Origin: Diplonema japonicum
Taxonomy: Eukaryota > Protista > Euglenozoa: Diplonemea
Direction: 5' to 3'
Length of the DNA: 64,000 nt
Assembly (NCBI GenBank): GCA_964019335.1
Contig: OZ025749.1
Coordinates: 253,042 to 317,041, forward strand
Below the pieces are notes generated by a model. The model had not been told where the DNA came from, made no database searches, and was given only the letters and a program-made list of their open reading frames with translations. Positions 12,118 to 24,069 of this stretch are shown here, piece by piece. The stretch's first letter is position 1. Each line of letters opens with the position of its first letter. Position numbers and translations under genes: made by a program.

Positions 12118-12755
12118 GATTAGATCAGTTCCCGGGTCTTTCATGGGAGGGGGGGTTATTTTTTTTTTTTTAAAATAAATAAAAGTAATTTGGAAAAGAA
12201 AAAAAAATGATAATAAAGAGGGGAGTGGGGGTAGGGGGGGAGCATATGAGAGATGACCATTCTTCGCCTTTCCTTCCGATTCAAATTGGTGCCGTTGTTT
12301 GTTCTTTTTTTTTTCCCCCTTTTTTTTTCTTCCGTTGGCAGCGCAGTCATTTTTTTTTTTTAAACAGATAACACATTGTAGTTATCAAAAAGAGAAAAAA
12401 AAAAAAAAGAAAAAGACGACAAAAATAAAAAGAATGTCCTGAGCGTCTAGGTATTCGAAGGAAAAAAAAAAAAAAATGAAGTTTGTAAACCAATGTGAAG
12501 AAACTTGCCTGAATTATTGTTAACAAAAGTACTGCTCAGTTTGTAAAGAGTCTGCCAAAAAAGAAAAAGAAAAAAAAAAAAAAAAAAAAAAAACCCTCCC
12601 CGATCTCCTTTTTTTTTTTGTTTCCCCCGTATTTATCTTCCTTTCAGCTATCTGCTTCAGCGCTTTTTTCCTTCTCTGTTCTCAGTCCCCCCCCCCCAGA
12701 AAAAGAAAAAAAGCAAAATAAACAGAAGAAACAGAAGAAAAAAACCACGAAAACG

Positions 12756-13769
12756 ATGCAAGCAACGATGGGAAAATTAAAAGGGCTGGAGACAGAGGTG
12801 ATGACGGCCCACGAAACCTACCGAAGTCAGCTCAGCGAGATAAAGTCTAGGTACGAAGACCTACTTAGACGTGAAGAAGACAAAGGGCGGCAAAGACTTG
12901 TGGAGAAGGAGAGAGAGCTCCGAAAAAGCGAGGCCGACGTCACAAGACTGGAGAAAACAGTGCGGCTGCTAGAAGGAAAGACTCACGAAAGATCAGCAGA
13001 CTCACGAATTGTTCAAATCAGCGTTCTAGGCGGAGAAGAAAAACTAATGGCAACAGTGAAGCACCAGAAGAAGGTGATGCTCATGCAAGAAGCCACCATC
13101 AAAGACCTCAAAGAGAAGCTTCATGACGCAGAAGAACAATGCGAAGCACTTAAACACCAGCCTTCTATCGTAAGATCCGTCTCGCGGTCCAGATCACGGT
13201 CCATCAGCGAACCCCTTTACACCCCTTCAAGACAGCTTCAGAAAGGCTACCAAGCAAAAGTAGAAGCAACCCTTACTTCACTGTCTCCAGACAGCAGGGG
13301 CTCCCCGCCGCCGCGAGATGTCAAAGAACTTCGAAACGCAAAAAGAGCTGAAGCGAGAATGGCGCCTGTGACAGGATACCCTCGAACCATTATAAAGGCA
13401 ATGAATGATGCTGGGCAGGTTGAGTCTGATAAGCAGCAGCTCAAGCAGCAGCTTCAAAAAATGCAGTCCAGGAAGAATCTCGTTACCTTGCAGGCGCGTG
13501 TGGTGTTTATCTTCACCTCGTTTCTACAGGAGGGAGCTGTGAGGTGGTCTCACGACACCTTCTCTTCCTTCATCTCCACCCTCCACACCGCCACGCCCCC
13601 TCCTGATGCTGCAACATGGAGCAGGCTTTGTGCTTACCTCCGTGCCCCTCCTTCTGGCCTCGAGGCCACGCATCTCTTGAAACTCTATAGCACCCCCAAC
13701 AAGGTGTTCCCGCTCGCTCTCGACAGTGAGAACGATTTTCTTCAATTGGTCGACCCCCAGCCGACTTGA
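12756..13769 (+). CDS. Coiled-coil protein of unknown function
   Basis: Long ORF after A-rich leader; E/K-rich heptad segments. Confidence 0.75.
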   Translation: MQATMGKLKGLETEVMTAHETYRSQLSEIKSRYEDLLRREEDKGRQRLVEKERELRKSEADVTRLEKTVRLLEGKTHERSADSRIVQISVLGGEEKLMATVKHQKKVMLMQEATIKDLKEKLHDAEEQCEALKHQPSIVRSVSRSRSRSISEPLYTPSRQLQKGYQAKVEATLTSLSPDSRGSPPPRDVKELRNAKRAEARMAPVTGYPRTIIKAMNDAGQVESDKQQLKQQLQKMQSRKNLVTLQARVVFIFTSFLQEGAVRWSHDTFSSFISTLHTATPPPDAATWSRLCAYLRAPPSGLEATHLLKLYSTPNKVFPLALDSENDFLQLVDPQPT

Positions 13770-13904
13770 TCTCAATATAAAAAAAAAAAAAAAAAAAAAA
13801 AAAGTGTTTCTTTTTTTTTTTTTTTGTCTTTTTTTTCTTCTTTTCTTCTGGATTATTCATACCAGGGCGTAGGGCAAAAAGAAGGGGGAAAAAAAAAAAG
13901 TTAA

Positions 13905-15053
13905 ATGTACCAGATCAGCACCCCGTTAGCACCGGCTGCCATCGGGCCTTACTGTCAGGCTGTTGCCAAGAGAGACACACTGTACGTAAGCGGGTGCATT
14001 GGACTTGATGCTAAAACAATGCAACTGGAAGCCGGTCTCGAGGCACAGACAGACAAAGCACTGCACAACATGGTGGAGATCCTGAGGACAGGCGGCTCTT
14101 CGATTGATAAGGTGATGAAAGTGACGGTGTTCCTGACAGACATGGCACACTTCGCAAGGGCGAATGAGGTGTTCTCGAAATATTTCGGCGACCACAAGCC
14201 CGCCCGTGCGTGTGTTGCTGTGAAGCAGCTTCCTAAAAACGCTCTTTTCGAGCTGGATGCCATTGCTGAGATTGGTAGCAAGGCCGCGGGCACTGTGAGC
14301 ACCCCCTTGGCACCGGCTGCCATCGGGCCTTACTGTCAGGCTGTTGCCAAAGATGCAGCTTTGTACGTAAGCGGGTGCATTGGACTTGATGCTAAAACAA
14401 TGCAACTGGAAGCCGGTCTCGAGGCACAGACAGACAAAGCACTGCACAACATGGTGGAGATCCTGAGGGCAGGCGGCTCTTCGATCGACAGGGTGATGAA
14501 GGTGACGGTGTTCCTGACAGACATGGCACACTTCGCAAGGGCGAATGAGGTTTTCTCGAAATATTTCGGCGACCACAAGCCCGCCCGTGCGTGTGTTGCT
14601 GTGAAGCAGCTTCCCAAAAACGCGCTCTTTGAACTGGATGCCATTGCTGAGATTGGTAGCAAGGCCGCGGGCACTGTGAGCACCCCCTTGGCACCGGCTG
14701 CCATCGGGCCTTACTGTCAGGCTGTTGCCAAGAGAGACACACTGTACGTAAGTGGGTGCATTGGACTTGATGCTAAAACAATGCAGCTAGAAGCCGGTCT
14801 CGAGGCACAGACAGACAAAGCACTGCACAACATGGTGGAGATCCTGAGGGCAGGCGGCTCCTCGATTGATAAGGTGATGAAGGTGACGGTGTTCCTGACA
14901 GACATGGCACACTTCGCAAGGGCGAATGAGGTGTTCTCGAAATATTTCGGCGACCACAAGCCCGCCCGTGCGTGTGTTGCTGTGAAGCAGCTTCCTAAAA
15001 ACGCTCTTTTCGAGCTGGATGCCATTGCATTGACGGGGCAGGGGAAACTTTGA
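13905..15053 (+). CDS. Triple-domain RidA (YjgF/YER057c/UK114) protein
   Basis: Three 381-nt repeats, each APAAIGPY..LYVSGCIG..KVTVFLTDM..KPARACV..FELDAIA. Confidence 0.93.
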   Translation: MYQISTPLAPAAIGPYCQAVAKRDTLYVSGCIGLDAKTMQLEAGLEAQTDKALHNMVEILRTGGSSIDKVMKVTVFLTDMAHFARANEVFSKYFGDHKPARACVAVKQLPKNALFELDAIAEIGSKAAGTVSTPLAPAAIGPYCQAVAKDAALYVSGCIGLDAKTMQLEAGLEAQTDKALHNMVEILRAGGSSIDRVMKVTVFLTDMAHFARANEVFSKYFGDHKPARACVAVKQLPKNALFELDAIAEIGSKAAGTVSTPLAPAAIGPYCQAVAKRDTLYVSGCIGLDAKTMQLEAGLEAQTDKALHNMVEILRAGGSSIDKVMKVTVFLTDMAHFARANEVFSKYFGDHKPARACVAVKQLPKNALFELDAIALTGQGKL

Positions 15054-15591
15054 GAAAATAGCGTTGTATCTGCAAGAAAAAAAGAGTAAACCAAAATGAC
15101 CCTCATGTTTACACGAGAGTAGGGATTTAAAAAAAAAAAACGTTGGGGTTCACAGAGCGTGCCTTATATTTTCTTTTAATTGCTTTTGAGATTGTTTTTG
15201 TCGTGGGTGTCCCCCCCTTTCTTTCTTTCTTTCTTGCGTTTTTCCCTTTTTTCTTCTTTTTTACGAAACACAAATCCCTTCCCCTTTCTGAGACGATCGA
15301 GGGTGGTGTGCATAAGGAGTTGATGGGAACGTCCCCCCCCCCCCCCCCCCCCCCCCCCACGGTCTTTCCGGCTAACACACAAAAAAGAAGAAAAAAGGGA
15401 CGTAGCAGAACCTTCTTATTGTCACCCCCCAAAAAAAATGAAAAATAAAACATAAAATATTACCCCCGTCTCCGTCCTCTTATCGAGCATTACCCATGGG
15501 TGTTGCTGCACATTTATTTTTATATATCCCCCCCCCCCCCTTTCTATGCACATGAAAACACAAGAAGAAGAGGGAGAAAAAAAAAATAACG

Positions 15592-15966
15592 ATGCAATTC
15601 GTGGCGACAGAAGCAGCTGCAAAAGCGGTGGGGCCGTATTCTCAGGCAGTGGTCCACAATGGGGTGGTATATGTGAGCGGGTGCATTGGGTTGTGTCCGA
15701 AGGAGATGAAACTGGTATCTGGTGGGTCCATGGCTGAGGCCGCACAGGCCCTCAACAACATGGAGGCGATCCTTAAGGAGGCTGGGTCGAGCATGGCCAA
15801 GGTGATTAAAACCACGGTTTACCTTGCAAAGATGGCCGACTTCGCTGAGATCAACGGCCTGTACCAAGAGAGGTTTGGGGACCACAAGCCTGCCAGGGCG
15901 TGCCTCGCTGCCGCGGAGCTCCCGAAGGGGGCCCTGTTTGAGATCGACTGCATTGCTGCCTTATAG
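15592..15966 (+). CDS. ridA: Single-domain RidA family enamine/imine deaminase
   Basis: VGPYSQAV..YVSGCIG..KPARAC..FEIDCIA, 124 aa. Confidence 0.92.
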   Translation: MQFVATEAAAKAVGPYSQAVVHNGVVYVSGCIGLCPKEMKLVSGGSMAEAAQALNNMEAILKEAGSSMAKVIKTTVYLAKMADFAEINGLYQERFGDHKPARACLAAAELPKGALFEIDCIAAL

Positions 15967-15991
15967 TGAAGGAGGGGAAAAAAAAAGAAGG

Positions 15992-16031
<40 letters not shown>

Positions 16032-16409
16032 GTAAGAAGCACCGTGCGACAAGAATATGGTCTACGGGGGGTGGGGGTATGTTTGTTTTCTATACACTGG
16101 GATTTTTTTTCTTTCTTCCCCCGCCCCCCACTTTTTTTTTTAAAAAACAGAAAAAGAAAAAAAGAAAAGAAAAAGGGGGGGGAAGTAACAACGTTCTTTT
16201 TTTTGTTTTGTTTTTTTTCCACTTTTTCGTTTTTTTTTCTCCTTTGTTCCCCCCCTCATAAAAAAATAAAAATAAAATAAAATACTGTAAAGTGAAAGAT
16301 CCTGGAAGCGAAAAATAAAGCCCGGATATTTTTTTTCTCCAGCATTTTCGGCGCAAGGAAATCTCGGTTAATGCCGCGGGGGGACGATATTTCTCTTTTT
16401 TTTTTTTTC

Positions 16410-16803
16410 TAATGCCCTTTCTCCCATCAAGATACGGGCGATCATCGACACAAGAAGATTAGGCCAGCTCCAAGGAAAGCCAAGGTTTTGTGAAATTCCG
16501 TGGCTTTGGGACAAAAAAGCCATACCGGCAGGTTTGTAGGACTGAGCCCCCCATCTGGACAACAAGCCTACGGGGGAGAAAAGAGAAGAGAAGAGAAAAA
16601 CGTCGGAGCGACAAAGCCAAGAAGAACCTTAAGAAACTGGGCAGGAAGTAGCAAGAAGAAAGAGAGGATACTTTGAGAAAGGCAACACAGCCAAAAAAAG
16701 AAAGAAAGGCCGAGGCCCCAGAAGGGAGAAAGGGGTAGATAAGTAGAGACAAGGGGGACGTTCCAAGACAGGAACCTCCTTTATCTCATCTCTTTTTTTT
16801 TTC
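16410..16803 (+). mobile_element. Degenerate LINE-like 3'-end relic between T tracts
   Basis: Purine-rich island ending ...KGVDK*, stem-loop (GTTCC/GGAAC) and poly(T); CTCT(n)C on both sides. Confidence 0.35.
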
Positions 16804-16874
16804 GTTTTATAATATTAGTAGTTATTTACACGTTCGAACCCATCGAACGCACTCCTGTCCCCCCTCAAAAAAAA

Positions 16875-17075
16875 ATGCCCGGCTCGTGGCTGGGGGGCGT
16901 CAGCAAACGGAACAAGTCCTGCTTCGAGGCAGCAACATGCAACAGAAAATGGAACTCGTGCATAAACGGAAAATCGTGCAAGGAGAGAGGGTACTGCCAC
17001 GAAAACAAAGGCCCGGGCGCCCGGTCGTGGGGACGGGGCGGGTGCGCCACAGAGAGAGGCTGCTGCTTAATGTGA
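16875..17075 (+). CDS. Small Cys-rich protein with CaaX-like end (CCLM)
   Basis: A-tract-ATG start, 66 aa, stop followed by A-tract as in neighbouring genes. Confidence 0.5.
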   Translation: MPGSWLGGVSKRNKSCFEAATCNRKWNSCINGKSCKERGYCHENKGPGARSWGRGGCATERGCCLM

Positions 17076-17262
17076 AAAGAAAAAAAAAAAAAAAAAAAAA
17101 AAAAAAACACAAGGGAAAAAAGATTTTTTTTATTCTTCTTCCCACCCTCATCCTCATCATGAAATCTTTTCAGGAAAGGGAGGGAAGAAAGGGGGAAAGG
17201 ACATAGTGCGCCGCTCTGGCAGGTTTTGCAGCCTGTCAGAGCGAGAGTGGGTGGACACTCCT

Positions 17263-17688
17263 ATGGGGTGCGCTGCGTCAGCACCAAGAAAGGAATCAGC
17301 GTGGGAAAATGTAAACAAGCCAACGAAAGGTACGGGCAAGAAGAAGAAAAAGAAGAAGAAGAAGAAGAAGGCCGGCACAGTAAGCATGAAGAGCGTGCGG
17401 ACTGAGTTGAGCGAAGTCTCCAAATCGTCAAGAAGGGGAAGAAGCTGCACCTCAAGACAATCCAAATCCCCGAAGGAGTTCAAAGAGCTTAGGTCGAGTG
17501 ACAAGTCTGTTTTCAACCAATCTCTTGACACGCAAGCGAGCTCCCAACGATACGACGCTATCTATTCTTGGATTGCCAGTTTGGATATTGACAACAGCTA
17601 TCCTCATACAGAGCTGGCTGCTTCATTGTTGGGTGAATCGTTGGCTCCCTCAGTCACCAGCGCACCTACGGACGGAACAAACCCATGA
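17263..17688 (+). CDS. Small protein with MGCAAS dual-acylation motif
   Basis: MGCxxS start; poly-Lys encoded by AAG codons rather than a homopolymer. Confidence 0.65.
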   Translation: MGCAASAPRKESAWENVNKPTKGTGKKKKKKKKKKKAGTVSMKSVRTELSEVSKSSRRGRSCTSRQSKSPKEFKELRSSDKSVFNQSLDTQASSQRYDAIYSWIASLDIDNSYPHTELAASLLGESLAPSVTSAPTDGTNP

Positions 17689-17723
17689 TAAAGTGGGATA
17701 GGTTTTTTTTTTTTTTTTTTTTT

Positions 17724-19012
17724 GCGAGGTATGACGCGGGTTCCATCCCGATGGGGCCGGTTGGCAACCTGGTCTGCCGGTGGCTTCCCCGAATAGGATG
17801 GAGTTGGGCGCAGCTACTAGGTTGCAACACATCTTGGGCCGAACGCGGACACATCTTTAGAGAGGTGGTGAGGAAGGCCCGAAGTAGGACGCTGGCGGTC
17901 GAGAGGAGCACGATAAGCGGGATAGAGCCGGGGGCGGACCCCAAGACGAACCGACTATGGAGGACGGCCAAGGACCCGCTCATGTCCTACAGCCTGAGAC
18001 GAGTGATCGCAGGAGGGGTTCCCTACCTAAACCCGCACGCAAATGCGAACCGAAAGAGCGTCCCACTGGCGCCTGAAGGTGACGACAACGGTGACGACGA
18101 GGAGAACATGGGCCAGGCACCAACGACGGAGGTATCGCACACGCAAGGATTCAGATGCGACCTGTGCAAGTCACCACACCCGGACACGGTGACCTTACTC
18201 CGCCATCAGCTGTATGAGTGCGCCTGTGCACAAGAGGAACTGGCACTAGACGGAATGGAGCCGTTGCGCAACAGATCAGGATGGCCCCTATGTCTGGAGC
18301 TGCACGCGATACTGCCGAGGGGGCATGTCTTCGCACACCTGGAGAAGCTGCAGCGATACATGGCTGTGGTGGTCGGGAAACGGGATGTGGAGCTCATGCA
18401 AATAGACAACGCCAGCACACAGCCGCTGCCGTGGGTACGCGATGTGGAGGGAAGGAGATGCCTCGTGCCGACGGCGGGGGAGCTCGAAGGAGTGGGAGGA
18501 ATCATCGCAGAATTCTTGAACCCGCTGCTGCAGTGGTTGTCACAGCTACGATGGGTGAAGGAGGACACCAGCTCTGAAGTGTCAGCGGTGGAATTGGCCA
18601 TCGACTTCGAATGGACGACAGGCAAGTTACTGGGAGGTCTGCTGGAAGATAGGGCTCGCAAGATCAAAGCACTGATAAGAAAGCTGAACGCGGCATGCAG
18701 AGCACGGAAGAAGCCACGCCCCTTCCCGGCGGATGAACAGAAGAGAGTGAAGTCCCTCATCGCAATAGGTGGGAAAACGACTATGGGTTTCGCCAGGAGG
18801 CCCATCTTCGCCACCCACTCCACGCACGACAAGCTGATGGAACTGAAAGCCGCTTACAAGCGAGACCGCATCACGCGACTCCGCAAGACGCTCAAGGCCT
18901 CGATTGGAACGAAAGCAATGCTCCAGAAGGGGAGTATAAATAGATAGCCCCCCCAACCCACCCAAGGGCGGCCCTCCATGAGGGGGTTTGTCCTGCACTT
19001 TGAGTTTTTTTT
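17724..19012 (+). mobile_element. 5'-truncated non-LTR retrotransposon (C-terminal zinc-knuckle region, 3' UTR, T tail)
   Basis: ORF lacks a native start; CDLC-x11-H-x4-C motif; starts after T21 and ends in stem-loop, TTTGAG, T8. No RT domain in the fragment. Confidence 0.6.
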
Positions 19013-19357
19013 CCTCCGTCTTCACCTCTTCACCTATATCCTATGGTGGGTTTTCCAACTCGCGCGGAATTTTTGGTTTTTTTTTCTCTCCCTCAGATTT
19101 TTGTTTAACAATAAAATCAATAAACTCCGTGCGCTTTTTTGGCGGGCCGTTGCTAACCACTTCGTTCCTATCATAGTGAATTTTTTTTGTTTGCGCCGAG
19201 TAAATAGGACTTTTATCGTATTTTTTTTTTTTTACCGTATTTCTTTTTCTTTAGCATCCCAAGGTAGGCACACGCGGTGGGAGCCACTTCGTCCCCCCCC
19301 GTCCCCCATCATTGTGATTTTTTTACCATACTTGAACGCCTTGTTTTAAAAGAGGGG

Positions 19358-19400
<43 letters not shown>

Positions 19401-19514
19401 CACAAAAAGAAAAAAAAGCAGTTCCTTATGTAGTATTTCTCTTTAAATACCCTTTCCTTTGTTCCTCTTTCCTTTTCCTTTCCACCTTCCACACTCCATT
19501 CCCACAGGGATGCT

Positions 19515-22500
19515 ATGAATCTGCAGGCAAGAGGCAGTTGTGGGGTTTGTGGGCAATGGGGCCACTACGCGAGAGACTGCCCCGTGGAGGCAGGGTCGGG
19601 GAAGGGCGCCGGGGGCTTGAGCAAGCCAATGTTGGTTAACAGAATGGGGAACACAGGAGGACGGTTGGGCAGTAGGTTCAACGTGCCGTCGGTAGAAACA
19701 GACACACCGCCGTCGAGCGTATCAAGCGACACTTCAGGACCCCCCAGTGAAGAGGGTGTTATGCCGCTTCCTGTCCAACAGCGTCCTCAGGCCGCGCAGG
19801 CTCACGTCCGTTCATGGCTGGAGACGTCCTCTGTCACCACTACCGGTACTGCCCCCGCTGCCAGCCTGCCTCTTGCGGTCCTTCATACCAACACCCACAT
19901 CAACACCACTGCCATGAAGCTTAAAGAAGAGCTCGCCGAAGAAACCTGTCGTCTTGCTGAAGCTGAGCGTGCGGCACTGCAGTCCACCCGCGAGGAGCTC
20001 ACCTCCGCCCGTCGCGACATCGCCCTCAAGGAACAAGGCATGAAAGACGAGCTCAAAAGCCTTGAGCGATCCCACGCAGAGGAGCTTTCTCAAATGTCCG
20101 CTTTCTTCGCCAACAAAGAGACCGTCGCAGCCGCCCAGCAGAAGGAGTTCCATAGACAGACCACCGAGTCCATGAGGAGCATGCTCACCGCACAGCAGGA
20201 GGAGATCCGGAAAGACGTGGTGAAGGAGGCGAAAGCGCTGAAGGCACGGGAAAAGGATCTGAAAGCCTTGGAAGAAAACCTTATGCAAAGAATATGCGCT
20301 GCAGAGGAGGCAGAAGAAGAGCAAAGAAGAGAACTGGAAGGTGTAAGGAAAAACCTGGAGGAACGCGAGAGCGAAGCGAGACGGGGGGAAGAGGAGCTAG
20401 CAGCGGCGAAGCAGGACTTTGCTGCGAGAAGAGAGACGCTCGAAGAGCATGAGAAGGTGTACACCGACAAACTGAACGTGTTAAATGAACAACGTGACAA
20501 GCTGGAGGTGATTTCAGCCAGGATGCGCGAGGCTGAAGCGCAGCACAAGGAACGCGAGGAGACCATCAGTGCAAAGGACGACCATCTCAACCAGCGTGTA
20601 GAGCGCATCAAGGAAAAGGAGCAGTCCATCACGAAGCTCACCTCAGATGTCGACGTCGAGCGCACGGAGCTCAGCACCCTCACGGACGAGCTTCGCAAGC
20701 TGGAGAGGCGCCTTGAAGAGAAGAACCTGACCCTCGAAGCAAAGGAGTTCAGCCTAACAGCAATTTTGGAACAGCATACAATCGAATCTGAAGAGCACAA
20801 GCGGAACATCAAAAAGCAGGTCGACTTACTACACGCCAAGAAGATGGAAGAGGAGCGGAACATAGCTGAAGGCAAGCAAGCGGTGTACGATCTTCGAATG
20901 GCTGCACAGCAGGAAGCGGACCAGATCCGCGAAGCTCTGCGGAAGCAAGAAATGATCAACAAGACTGAGTACGAAGAGATTGTGGCTTCAAAGGAAAAGG
21001 CACGTGAGATTATCGAGCAAAGCAAGAAGATAGAAGTCGACCTCAAGGTTAGGGTTGAGAATGCAGAGTCCAAAGAGAAGTCTGCCACAAGAGCCGTCAA
21101 AGCACTGGAGCAAGATCTTCAAAAGCTCGAGGAACAACGGGCAGCAGCGGAAGACCTTCAAGAGAAGATACTCGGAGAACGGAGGGAAATAGAAAAAGGC
21201 AGGCAGGAGATCGAGAAGCTCGTTGTTCTTTCGGGGCAGACGCAGGACCTCCGCGACAAGCTGGCGTCGGAGACGCTTTACTTCAACGAACAGTTGCAGA
21301 CCTCGCGGACCACCCTTGCACAGGTGGAGGAAGCAACACGCACCCTTCTTACAACAGAAGCCGACATGTCTCTCCGTGAGGAAAAACTGGTCATGCGGGA
21401 CATCGAGATTCAAGAAAAACTCACCACTTTAAACCAAGAACAGAACCGCCTCAGCATGCGCCATAAGGAGCTGGACCACGATGCCTCAGAGTCTCTGGAA
21501 AGCCTCAAAAGAGCCCAAGACCAGCTGAACGACGAACGCAGACAGCTAGCCATCAGTTCAGAAGAAGCGAAGGAAAGAGACCATGCCCTCAACAACAGGG
21601 AGTTAAGGTTTCGGGCCGCAGAGGCGGAACAGATTGAAGTTCTGAAAACAATCGAAGCTAAGGAAGCAGCGTGCCTTGACATCGAGAGGAGGATGACCAG
21701 CATGGAGAAGCTGGTAAGCTGCAGGGAGCAGGATATACACACCAAGGAAGAAGACGTTGTTCTGTCACTGCACAGAATCGAAACGATGAAAGAGGAGTGC
21801 GAGGAACAGGTCCTAAAGGTCAAGGAACGGGAAAGCGAAGCAGCCGACAGGGAGGCAAAGCTCGATTTTGCAGAGCAGCGCGTTAAGGAACTCGAGAGGA
21901 GCCTGGATCAACGAAAAAAGCAGCTTGAATTTGAAGAAGCAAGCATGCACCAAACACTAAAAGGAGTCGAAGGGAGGGAGAGGTGGGTCAGTGAAAGACG
22001 CAAGGAGCTTGAAGCAAAAGAAGAAGAAGGCCTCGCAGAACTGGACGTCCTGATGGAACGCAACGAAGAGCTTGAATCACATGTCGTGCGAATGCAAGCT
22101 GAAATAGAGTCCCTGAAGGCGACCGAGACGGTACGCAACATGGAGTCCGCACCCACGTCCGCACCCACAACAGTCCCACCGTGCGGGTCGCCTCTTTCAG
22201 ACGGACAGGATTTTACAAGATTTTGCCTTCCGCTAAGCAAGCCTTCGTCAGAGGTGGGGAGCACCAGGTGGGACCTCACACTGTCAAGCGATACGATCCG
22301 ACAGATGCAAGGCGACCACCCAATGCCGTGGATTCGAGAGATGGAAGCTTACATGCGCGCAGAGATCGAGGGCGGGTACGAGGACATGATGAGCACCATG
22401 ATGAAGTGTTGGGGAAGATCAGGAGGGACACCATCGCCTGCATGGTTCATGCTCCCTCCAAGAGCCACGTCCCCTGTGCAGAGGGGATCATCGCGAGGGT

Positions 22501-23114
22501 CATCGCCCGCTGCCTACTCACTTGGCAGAGAGATGACTCAGGACTCCATGTCTATCTTCTCAACATCTCCCATTCTACGTCCGTCTGACCCGTCGTGCTC
22601 AGAGTCGTATCCCGCATTGATGGACTGCTTGTGGTCCACACAGAGGAGCAACGATGAGAGCGGGTTTGAAGAAGCATGGTCGAAACTGAACGCGCGTGTG
22701 CTGAGCGACACCGAGTACGCTACCAACATAGGCATGGAGATGACCAACGAGCTGCGGCAGTCGAAGAACCTACTCAAAGAGCAGGACGCAGCCATGACAA
22801 AGCTCAAGTCCGAGAACTCAGAACTGAAGCTCGTGGTGTCGGCAATGCTGAGCTCGAAGAGGGAGTACGAATCGAAGGCACTGTACACCGACGAAGAGAT
22901 CGATATTCTGCAAGATGATAAGCAGACGCTCGGCTCGCAGGTTGAAGAGCAACGGAAAAACACGCTCTGGCTGGAGGAAGAGCTCATGAAGGTGAAGTGC
23001 ACGGTAGAAGCACTAGAAGGCGAGGCGTTGACCGTGCGGAGAGAGAAAAAGAAGATTGTCAACAAGACGCATTTTATGGTGCTTGCACTGCAGTGGTATG
23101 CGATAGGGAGAAAG

Positions 23115-23145
<31 letters not shown>

Positions 23146-23527
23146 AGGAGCACTGTTCGGACATTACTCTCAGCGTACTATTTTAGACTGATGGTGCACA
23201 GCACCGGCCAGGTTATGCATCGAAGCGTTATTGTGATGAACATCTGCAAGGACGCGGTGCTGAGAACGTTGCTCCCTTCCATTCAGAGGCACCATTTGGG
23301 GCTCAGGTTCCATACGTGGGAGCTGTTTGTTCGAGAAAAATTGTATGTTTTTTTTTTTTTTTTTCATAAATTATTTTTATCACAGTATTCAAAAGCGTCA
23401 ACAGAGGGCCAGCATGATGCTGGACGGTATCAAGGAGTCCCTCAGCACGAGGACGCGCCTCACGTCATTCTCCCGACGGGCTGTGTCAGACACCTTTACC
23501 GTTAGCCAGGATTTTGACGCTTTTTAA
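19515..23527 (+). CDS. CCHC zinc-knuckle plus very long coiled-coil protein, 3 exons
   Basis: CGVCGQWGHYARDC; ~750 aa coiled coil; two GT-AG introns near the 3' end keep the frame to TAA 23527. Confidence 0.85.
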
Positions 23528-24069
23528 AAAAGAAAAAAAAAAGAGAGAGAAACAAAAAAAAAATATTTCCTTTCTTCAGATTAGACCTTCGTTTTTTCCA
23601 TTTATATTATTTTCTGTTCTCTCTCTTTTTTTTTGATACATAGCTCCCTATTATTACCTCTTCTTCCCCCCCCCCATTTTTTTTCTTCTTTGTTGTGATA
23701 TTTCCCCCCCCCCCCCTCTTTTTCATTAGATTTTGTTACAATTGAAAGTTTTATTCGCTTTTTCTTCACCCCCCCCCCCCCCCTGATGCTCATTCATTAA
23801 AATATTCACACAGGCAAAAAAAAAGAAAACACATCACCCCCCTTACCCTCCCCGTTTTTTTTTTTTTTTGAAAGAGAAAACTTTTTTTTGTTGATCGAAT
23901 AAAATACTATGCTTAGATGATTGGGAAGAACAGCAGGTAGAAATCGAAACAGTCACATCAAAAAAAAGAAGCCATCCCCCCCCCCCATCTCCGTCAGCAC
24001 CCCCCCCCCCCCCCTTTCCGAATTAATTGGCGTCGATCGATTCTTCTGTTTGGTAAGTAAGTAATAAGT

